DNA from: Octopus sinensis
Lineage: Eukaryota
NCBI RefSeq assembly: GCF_006345805.1
Contig: NC_042998.1
Coordinates: forward strand, 19,282,001-19,346,000
Length of the DNA stretch: 64,000 bases
Direction of reading: 5' to 3'
Made by a program: the position numbers and the translations under genes. The notes under the pieces are model-generated. The model worked only from the letters and a program-made list of their open reading frames with translations. It was not told the origin of the DNA and did no database searches. Shown here in pieces: positions 54,470 to 64,000 of this stretch. Numbering within the stretch: the stretch's first letter is position 1; each line of letters opens with the position of its first letter.

Positions 54470-54706
54470 TTCACCCATTCCATTCTGGTCATTCAAAATC
54501 TGACCGCGTGTGTATCGTTGGCGATTTTTTCCTCCGTCTTCCCTTCCTTGGATCTTTCCTTTTCCTTTGTTTTTGACGAAGAGATCCGCTCGAAACGTTA
54601 AATCCTCCTTCTTTCTTTCCTTTCCTGAGCGTCCAATAACACTATAATTGTTCCACGTCCTCGCGTTGTTGTGTCTTCTCTTTGTGTTTTCATGTTTGGA
54701 TTAACT
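54470..54706 (+). mobile_element. Penelope-type pseudo-LTR fragment with degenerate minimal hammerhead
   Basis: UUGACGA-A-GAG-AUCCG-CUC-GAAACGUU at 54573-54599; ends at (TA)n; layout like 22990-23310. Confidence 0.6.
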
Positions 54707-54715
54707 ATATATATG

Positions 54716-55040
54716 TATATATAAAAAAAGGAAATGAAGAAAATGCTGACAAAATAATTTAAGTAAGGGAGTGTGAATTTAATTAGGTGAAAGTTCTTTT
54801 TACCGGTTGCGCATTTGTTATGCTTATCAAAAGATTTTTTTAAAGAGAGATAGAGTTCTTTTCTGATAGATTTTTTTGAGAAAAATCTATCAGAAAGGAA
54901 CTCTATCTCTCTTAAAAAAATATCTTTTGATAAGCATAACAAATGCGCAACCGGTAAAAAGAACTTTCACCTAATTAAATTCACTCTCCCTTACTTAAAT
55001 TATTTTGTCAGCATTTTCTTCATTTCCTTTTTTTATATAT
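54716..55040. repeat. near-perfect ~325-bp palindrome
   Basis: Arms of ~160 bp centred near 54878, about 5-nt loop, few mismatches. Confidence 0.97.
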
Positions 55041-55499
55041 CACAACTCGAGTTCCACATCTCCTTTTTTAAATATGTATATATATATGTGTGTGTGTGTG
55101 TGTATGTGTGTGTGTATGTGTATGTGTGTGTGTGCGTGCGTGTGTGTGCGTGTGTGTGGTGTATGTAAATATGAAATTTTGAAATTAGTTCACGGACCTC
55201 CACGTCTAGCCTTGCGGACTACCAGTTGTCCGCGAACTCCAGGTTGTGAACCACGTAGTTTCTTTCTATTCGCACTGTGTTCATATATGAATGCATTTGC
55301 TAATCATCCATACTGCTTAAATACAGCAACATATTTTAAGGCTTTTACTGATTCTAGCAATTCCCTGTATTTAGATGTCAACTGAAGCAGAAGCTGGGCT
55401 TTCTGATACTTAATTTATCGACCGTCAAATACTACAAAGGAAATCCGAACCGCACTGCATTTGGAACTCACAATAAGAATGCTAATAAAGTTGTCGCAG

Positions 55500-56500
55500 T
55501 TTTGTGAAACATTGAAGTACATTAATGAATCACATTCAGGTGACAACATTTAATAATACGAATTCGGAAACAGAATAGCGAGCATTCAATTATCAGATGC
55601 TTTAAACGTTGAACTCTGAAAACATGAAATTATTTGTGCCATGAAATATTTTCAAAGGGATATCTGTACTACTTAATAACAGTGTTTGATTGAAACTTTC
55701 TATCAAGAGACACGATATCTCTCAGAATATATTAACGAATCAAAGGAGTGTGTAATATTCTATTTGGTCTTCTCAAGACACTTGTCTGAAAATATATTAT
55801 AGCTTCGATTCTTACTTTGATGGTGGTATCCAGTAGTTCCTCGGGAGTGATTGGTAGTGGATAATAGCCAGAACATAAAAGAATTTTCTGATTCATTTGA
55901 GTGGATTGCTAGAATGTCGTTTGCCAATGCATTTCAAATACACATTGATCACTTGAGCAAATTACCGACATAACTCAAAAATCTGTAGTTGCATGGAATC
56001 ATTTGTAATACACACTTTATCAATAAGATCTCAAGAACAATATTAAATAGTGATTTGGAAAATTGCCTATTTCTATTCTCATATGCAAGTTGATTTCAAT
56101 TTATTTTTAATATAATTCTCAATGACGTGCTAAACTCCAGATAAAACATTGTTTATTACACTGAACGTCCAGATATCTCTGCAGTTTTCTGCTTAATTAT
56201 TGTTTGTGTTTCACAATGTATTGTGTATTTGAAACGGCTAACTTCGGCTTTGAAGATTTTAAGAAGTTGAGAAGTATTATTATTTAGAGATAACAGATCA
56301 ACATATAGTATATTTCTTCATAGCAGTCAACAATTGCTAGCTTATGACGCTAACAATTATAGGCCGGTCACATAATAAACCTATACGCAAAGAGTTGAAA
56401 GAACCACGGGTATTTGATACCCATGTCATATAATTTAATTTCAGGAACATCACTAAAGGAATGAAGTTTCGAAAGGATAGATATCAGTGTAGGTAATGCA
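55500..56500 (-). pseudogene. possible module H followed by a second CTL-like domain
   Basis: EIKLYDM, FCV*VYYVTGL..SNC, KQCFIW..NKLKSTCI; then EMHWQTTF and NYWIP. Confidence 0.3.
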
Positions 56501-56539
56501 CAATCGCAAGGATAATTCGAGCTCAGAGAAAAGCATAAT

Positions 56540-57315
56540 ATACTCTCTTTACTTGTTTCAGTCATTTGACTGCGGCCATGCTGGAGCACCGCCTTTAATC
56601 GAGCAACTAGACCCCGGACTTATTCTTTGTAAGCCCAGTACTTATTCCATCGGTCTCTTTTTGCCGAACCACTACGTAACGGGGACATAAACACACCAGC
56701 ATCGATTGTCAAACAATGCTAGGGGGACAAACACAGACACACAAACACACACACACACATATATATATATCTCTCTATATATAAACGGCAGTTTGTCTGT
56801 GTGTGTTTCTGTGTGTCTGTTTGGTTGTACCCTCACCCTGACCACGGCTTTCAACCGATTCTGATGAAACTTGACACACACATAGCCCAATGTCATAATT
56901 CAAAACTAACGCAGCGAAATTTTGAAAAGTTCCCCCAGTTCTGGAAAAAATCGATAAATTCGACATGGGGTCGAGAATCAGAAACACAAACCACAGACTG
57001 TCTAGGGGACACAACTTGACCTTTTCAACTAAAAAAAAATTTACCATAATTTTTTTTCCATTTTTTGGCTATAACTCTCTAAAAATGCTTTATAGTTATT
57101 TCCCTTACTAACCCGAGCAACGCCGGGCGATACTGCTAGTATACATATATACGACAGGCTTCTTTCAGTTTCCGTCTACCAAATCCACTCACAAAGCATT
57201 GGTCGGCCCGGGGCTATAGCAGAAGACACTTGCCCAAGATGCCACGCAGTGGGACTGAACGCAGAATCATGTAGTTGTTTAGCAAAAGCTACTTACCACA
57301 CAGCCACTCCTGCGT
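56540..57315 (-). mobile_element. SINE family 1 interrupted by a Helitron
   Basis: Tail at 56540-56760, head at 57150-57315. Confidence 0.88.
56770..57139 (+). mobile_element. complete non-autonomous Helitron (370 bp)
   Basis: 5' TC, 3' CTAG, subterminal hairpin CCCGAGCAACGCCGGG (57112-57127), inserted between A and T without TSD. Confidence 0.88.
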
Positions 57316-57363
57316 ATGTTAAACATACTTCCTATCTGTTGCCTTCATATTATTATTATTATT

Positions 57364-57446
<83 letters not shown>

Positions 57447-57469
57447 CAATAATAATAATAATAATACAA

Positions 57470-57607
57470 TGTCACGTGCTGTTTATCTTGATATGAAATC
57501 ACAATGTCGCGCTCATATGGCTGTGGTGTATGTACCAGGTGTACCGTTATCAGACGGGAAGTCATGATGGATCTACTGGGTTTTGATGACATGCACTGCT
57601 CTCACAC
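57470..57607 (+). mobile_element. (TAA)n-anchored element, 3' fragment
   Basis: GCTGTTTATCTTGATATGA..GCACTGCTCTCAC between AAT tracts. Confidence 0.8.
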
Positions 57608-57629
57608 AATAATAATAATAAATATAATA

Positions 57630-57830
57630 AAAGGTCACAGGAAATGAGAATGAAATGACTCTCTGGATATACCAATACCCACAGATAGAGAAATTAAGGC
57701 CAAAATGCCGGATATAGTTGCCAGAGATCACCAAGAAATGCTTTCCAATCGATGAGTCAATAATAACAGGTGACAAGGTTTCTCTAAAAGGAACGGAGGA
57801 AATTTTCAAACTACAAGAACCGAAGGAGGG
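57630..57830 (+). mobile_element. R4/Dong-like RLE endonuclease fragment
   Basis: DIPIPTDREIKAKMPDIVARD and KKCFPIDESI..DKVSLK resemble the PD..D motif. Confidence 0.72.
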
Positions 57831-57834
57831 GGAA

Positions 57835-58270
57835 GTTGAAGAAGAAGAAAAAGAAGAAGAAGAAGAAGAAGAAGAAGAAGAAGAAGAAAAGAAGACGAAG
57901 AAGAAAAGAAGACGAAGAAGAAGAAGAAGAAGAAGAAGAAGAAGAAGAAGATGATGATGAAGAAGAAGATGAGGAAAAAGTAGAATGAGGAAGAAGTAGG
58001 AGTAAAGGAGATGAGGAGATGGAGGAAGAAGGAAAAGAAGAAGAAGAAAAAGAGGAAGAAGAAGAAGACGAAGAAGAAGAAGACGAAGAAGAAGAAGAAG
58101 ATAAGGAAGAAGTATAAGAGGAAGAAGAAGTAGGAGAAAAGGAGATGAAGGAGGAAGAAGGAAAAACAGAAGAGGAAAAAGAAGAAAAAGAATGAGGAGG
58201 AGGAGGAGGAGAAGAAGAAGAAGAAGAAGAAGAAGAAGAAGAAGAACAACAACAACAACAACAACAACAA
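57835..58270. repeat. (GAA)n/(GAG)n/(CAA)n microsatellite
   Basis: Seen directly. Confidence 0.96.
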
Positions 58271-58689
58271 GAGGTATCCTAATGAGCAAATTTATTGCAA
58301 GAACCATGATTAATTAGCGAATATGTTAACCATGCCTTCAAATATATGATCATAAAATGGTGTATCAGTGAGATAGTAAAATTGATACAACTTTCTCACA
58401 TTACACCACATGCCTCATCCAAAGCACGTTTAGGCAGGAAGCCTTTACTACAAGGAAGTGTTGAAGGACATGGATGGATGCAGGTCTAAATATATCTAAC
58501 GACAGCAACCATAGTGGCAAACACCTATCTAAATAACAGCAATGACTGAATGCTTAAAATTATTTAGAAGTACGAAAGTTTAAACATTTATGTACTCGTT
58601 ATCAGAAAAATCAAAGACTATGTGAAGAAATATAAAGTTGTCCCAAAAGTTCGTAGAAAGTCTTGGAAAATAATGGTCTTTATTTTGAG

Positions 58690-59043
58690 GAATAATTTTT
58701 GTTGTTTTTGTTAGTACTTGGCGAGTAAAAATTCAATTTTCGCAAGTGTTTACGAACTTTTGGGACAACCTAATAAAACTTCAACGTGACCAGAGTGCAA
58801 AGATAAAATGCCACTATAATAGAAATCAGAAAAAAAAAAACAGAAGAAAACCCAATCCAGTTCAGAGCTCCAAAATGGATAGAAAGATATGGCATTGCAT
58901 GGCAAGTACCCTACTAGGACAGCGATCTTAATGTTGAGGCAAATATGAACCATCAAGTTTCGGCTGCATTTGGATTTAAATCAGAGCTATATGGTTACAT
59001 TATATCGCCCCTTGGTTTGTGCCGGTCGTTCAGAAATTACCAG
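58690..59043 (+). pseudogene. possible module J ending at CAG/GTGAGA donor
   Basis: STW..FWDNLIKL..KCHY, GCIWI..IW, PLVC. Confidence 0.28.
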
Positions 59044-59104
59044 GTGAGAAATCTTATATAAGGTGCTGAACCCGGCTGACGCCTTTATGACGTAAGGAGA
59101 GATG

Positions 59105-59255
59105 ATATTCTTTTCTACACCAGGCACAAGACACGGAATTTTGTGGGAAGGGGTAGTCGATTAGATAGTCCCAAGTACGCAACTGGTACTTAGGTAGTTA
59201 TCGACCCCTAAAGGATGAAAGATAATGTCGACCTCGGCGGAATTTGAACTCAGAA
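59105..59255 (-). mobile_element. SINE family 2 fragment
   Basis: GTCGACCTCGGCGGAATTTGAACTCAGAA. Confidence 0.8.
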
Positions 59256-59559
59256 ACGAGAGAGAAAATATTCAACACGTCATTTTCGAATGTTCTGTGA
59301 GGCTCAAATAAATATAGAAATTTCCATGATATACATGGTAAATATTTGCACTGGATCATATGCCGTAGGTCTGAACACTTCTACGAGAAAATTGGTGACA
59401 ACATAAATCTGGCAGGGTGTTAATGAATAAAGGTATTACCGTCCTTTGGGACTTTAATGCTTGTCATGTTATTCACGCCAAGAGACCAAATATAGTAAAC
59501 AATCTCGTTGACAAATCATGCTTGTTCACAGATATGTCAATCACAGCAAAGGCAACTTT

Positions 59560-59920
59560 CCTGAAATAGTTTTTAAAAAGTTAGCTACAAGCACTCAAAT
59601 ATGTAGAATTTAAGAACAACAAACATACCTGCGATCAACAGAGCTTTGGAAACAATACGAAATGACACTCAAGATCACAACATATAGGTACACTGCGACA
59701 TAATTTCTTTTCCTCAACAGGCTCTGCCCTGTTTAACATTGTCCCAAAAATTATTAAAGAGGAAAAGGATCCCATCACTTTTAAACGGAGTCTGGACAGA
59801 TTTCTTCAACGAATAGTAGATAAAACATCCATACCTGGATAGAACAGGTGGTGCTATTAAGTTAGACATGACATGGATCAACCTTTGGTCGAAACATATC
59901 TAAGGTTTTTACCAAATTTT
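59560..59920 (+). mobile_element. CR1-group LINE 3' end
   Basis: HNFFSSTGSALFNIVPKIIKEEKDPITFKRSLDRFLQRIVDK. Confidence 0.75.
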
Positions 59921-60179
59921 TTACGTACAAATACCAGGAAAGCCAAAGTTATCAGAACTACAAAAACTGATTATCAATGCATCCTATAAATGCATCTCTT
60001 ACTGAAGAGACCCGATTCTTTTAAAACTTTTTCAAAAATGATATATTAAAACTTATCGGAATTTTACTATTCAAATTCTGGTCAAATAACAATAATCTTG
60101 TTAAAATCAAAAGCCGATTTTATGCAAATTTTTTTCTACCACTACACTAGCAATGTAATATTTAGTATTACAGTAGTTT

Positions 60180-60211
<32 letters not shown>

Positions 60212-60629
60212 CCATCATAAAAATAATGAATATTTTGTCATGTCATGTCATAGATTTTAGAAATCATTATTGACTGTTTTTAATTAATAATTCAGTCGTA
60301 TTCCTACATTTCAAATAATTTGATTGAAAATAATATAAAAGTATGCATAGGAATATAATTCAATATCTAGAAAATTATTGGTAATGTAGAAACAAAGTTT
60401 GTTTAAAAAGCATACGAAGTTAGACCTAATATGTAATTTTTTATTTAATATATTGAGGATTTACGAAAGTAATAATAATTGTTATTGTATGTAGTTCTTT
60501 AGAAGTATTATGAAATATATACACAGATATATATACACACACATATATATGCATTTACTCATGCAAACAGATCTAAATTAAAGGTTGTTTTCGCGAACAC
60601 AAACCTATGCATACGTGCATGCATATATG

Positions 60630-60676
<47 letters not shown>

Positions 60677-60810
60677 GTATATATATATATATATATATAT
60701 AGGTTGATAGATATAGATATATATATACATATGAATATAAATATGTATATATATTTATATAAATTTTATACATATATGTGTGAGTGTGTGTATGTACATA
60801 TATATGTATG

Positions 60811-60852
<42 letters not shown>

Positions 60853-61149
60853 CATATATATGTGCATACACCCACATATATATTTATATATATATATAAT
60901 ATATATGTATATATAAATATGTATATATATCTATATATATTTTAAATATGTGTGTGTGAGTGTGTGATTGTACATATGTATATATATGTATATATATATA
61001 TATATATAATATATATATATATATTATATATATATATATATATATAATATATATATATATATATTATATATATATACATATATATATACAGAATTTCCTA
61101 CATAGATGGATAATAAATATGTTTACTCGAATATACAGACAGTTGCGTA

Positions 61150-61560
61150 AACGAACATTGAATCACACACGGAAATACACGAACATTTGCGCAGACATAC
61201 ACAATAATATATGCTTTTTTTTACGCTTGAAGTTGAAAATGATATGTAAATCGATAAATAATTATATTGAATATTCTACCAAAGAATAAATTTAAAAAAG
61301 ATAAAAATTGGTATTTTGTTACAAACGTTATATTGAATTAAACCGAATTTTGAAGGTAAGGAAATTAGACACAATTTAATTTCAACACACCGTTCGGAAG
61401 CATTGAGTGAAATTGGTTTCAATGTTTTTATATTCCTGTAATGCTATTTTCTTTGCTAGTTTCCATGAAAAATTGCGAGCGAGGGGAGAAATAAAAGAAT
61501 CATGTAATATAAATCCACTTGAAATATTGATCTCAGTGGAAAACAAGCATTCGTTTGTGA
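61150..61560 (-). pseudogene. degraded CTL-like/WSC-like module I
   Basis: RNFSWKLAKKI (compare RSFEWKVEKRF) and LKLCLISLPSKFGLIQY (compare KLCYIK..WCIIDY). Confidence 0.45.
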
Positions 61561-63649
61561 TATCTTGAAGGAAGCTATTTGCTTCCTGATCCTGGAGTAA
61601 TATCAGTTCTACATTGAATTAAGATCTTTCTGTTAGAATAGATTTAAATAACATAAAACGAATGAATCAAAGGCGCAGCAAAAATAATATTAAATAACAT
61701 CATTTCTTCATGACAGCCACAAGCTAACTGTATAGAAGGATGTATATTATATCATAGACACATCCTTCATCGTACCTTCAGAAATAAAGGGTAGAAGGAG
61801 GGCAAATTTGAAGATTACATCAGACTGAACAGGAATTTAAAGAGATACATCGAAAGAAGAAAACAGATTAATGTTTAGGGTTGGAAATATTTTGATCGTG
61901 GCTACTCTGTTAGCTCCTTTCTATGTTTGTATAGTAAGGAAGGGAAATAATAACAACAGTAAAACATAAACTCTTGAACATGTCCAGTAAGTTCACCATA
62001 ATCAATTCGCAGTTTTTAAAATTTTTTGGTGGCTTTTGGTTTTTCAATAAAATAGTTTTATTTTTTTTAATTATTCAGGGTGAGATGCAACTGATATATT
62101 TCCTCGGTTAACTTTTCTCGAGGTAACTTTTCCTTACGGTGAACTGACATCCACTCCCTGCGGTGAGTGGATGACAGGGAATTTAACTCTAACTTTTCTG
62201 AAGATAGTTGTATATATATATATAATGCACGTGAAAAGTGGTACAAATCGTCCTAAATGGATAAAAGGACCGACTTCAATATTTTTGTATGATTTAATTT
62301 AATCATTGAATTTTTGTTCAGTTGAGATTTACAACTCATTTGAAATTTGGAAACCGACCGTAGATTGTTCGGACGTCCCTGTAAAACCAGGCAAGATTCA
62401 CACATAGCACACATATGTGACAACTTTTTCCCTGCAAACCCCTCCACATCTGTATCAAAGCCTTTCTGGGTATCCGATTGAAATACACCTGTTGATCACT
62501 TTGAACAACAGTAACGTCACCTTTATTTAGGAAGATTACGTTTTCGTTCGTTTTTCTAGCCACATTCTTTTAGAATTATTCCAGATATGGAAGGCACAAA
62601 TGCAGGTTTAAATTCACAGGCCAAAACTATATACGATTTAAGGTGTACAGTGACGAATGTGTTTAGAAACGGAAACGGCCAATATTGATTTTGATAGACA
62701 ACCATAAACAGAGTAAGTTTGATGGACTCCATATGGGTATGTAACCCTGAGTATCTTTATAATGATAAATGATGACATTTGACAAATTATAATTATCAAA
62801 TGAAGTGGATTTCCAATTATGTCTTCATGAAATTGAAGTATTCAGATTGAATAGAATGCTGCCATATTGTACGTAACGCATTCTTAAAGACACTTATTTA
62901 GCATAAGCGAGTAGAAAATATATATATTTTTAAATAGTTAATCATTCAATGTTATTCTTGTGGCAGATACTATTAAAACATTTTCTCTATTCGACGTTTC
63001 ATCTCTTGTTTTTCAAATATAGATTTAAAAGTACGAAGATAATTGGATGTCTAAAAGAGATTTGAGAACATAAAGTGTGATAAACCTGCACTGCAGAGTA
63101 ATGAAACCGTGGAGGACATAAACGAGTGTCAAAGTAAGCACACTGTAGTCTCATTATTTTAAACATGAAAATAATTGACTACATAAGGATATAATTTATT
63201 ATAATGATAGTCAAACGTTGGACGTGATACGAAATGTAAGAATAAGAGTGGAAACGGGGAAGATGGGTGAATAAATAAATAAATAAATAAATGAATAAAT
63301 ATATCTATCTATATATATGAATAAAAAATGGAGTTAACGCAGGTGTAATCAAATATTTTTACTTTCGACACATGTTTCGAAAATTCCACTGATACTATTC
63401 AAAAGATTAAATGGTATAAACAATGCAATCTTCTCCTCAGGAAAGTGAAAAAAACCAAACTCGTCAATAAGACATTTTAGCAAAAAATGATGGATTTGTA
63501 TAGCGATATTCAAAATATTCAACGTAAACACGAAGTTTCTACCTTTATAAACAAGGAGTTACAACACCTTTACTTGTGAGATTTTTGCTGCCCTGGTAAC
63601 TATTTATTTATTTCTTCCGTGTTAATTGTTAACAAGGCAAAAATACACT

Positions 63650-63650
63650 C

Positions 63651-63725
<75 letters not shown>

Positions 63726-63846
63726 CATCCATCTATCCATCCATCCATCCATCCATCCATCCATCCATCCATCCATCCATCCATCCATCCATCCATCCAT
63801 CATCCATCCATCATCTATCTATCTACTATCTATCTATCTATATATA

Positions 63847-63939
<93 letters not shown>

Positions 63940-63942
63940 TAC

Positions 63943-63990
<48 letters not shown>
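63650..63990. repeat. (TATC)n/(CCAT)n, (TA)n, (GATA)n microsatellites
   Basis: Seen directly. Confidence 0.96.
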
Positions 63991-63992
<2 letters not shown>

Positions 63993-64000
63993 GTTTCTTT
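63991..64000 (-). mobile_element. probable 3' terminus of a second (GATA)n-inserted Tx1-like LINE
   Basis: GATAGAT-AAGTTTCTTT is identical to the junction at 35312; only 10 bp are visible. Confidence 0.55.

Larger units (their letters stand above)
54339..55255. mobile_element. hAT/Charlie-type MITE with nested insertions
   Basis: Termini CAGCGGTTCCCAACC and GGTTGTGAACCACG; TCCTAGTG on the left; right TSD eroded. Confidence 0.55.

Noticed and set aside
62090-62830. MULE-like transposon remnant (CICAFH motif, short subterminal repeats)
   Set aside because: One short motif only; no paired TIR or TSD found.

Overview
AT-rich, microsatellite-dense eukaryotic DNA. The SINE families and repeat landscape resemble a coleoid cephalopod such as Octopus (inference). 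No intact protein-coding gene is supported; almost all ORFs in the track are translated microsatellites. The window holds decayed mobile DNA: two tRNA-derived SINE families, a ~560-bp (TAA)n-anchored element, RLE-type LINE remnants (R4/Dong-like, Hero-like), CR1-like and Tx1/L1-like LINEs, Penelope-like elements with minimal hammerhead motifs, a Tc1/mariner transposase relic, hAT MITEs, Helitrons and hairpin elements. Two observations go beyond this. First, manual translation of the apparently unique DNA between repeats shows about ten heavily pseudogenised, mutually similar Cys/Trp-patterned modules (C-type-lectin-like halves around a WSC-like segment) on both strands, suggesting a decayed tandem gene cluster. 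Second, the 3' UTR of a Hero-like LINE (two copies) contains the hammerhead core strands in a non-circularly permuted order. A Tx1-like LINE also appears to target (GATA)n.
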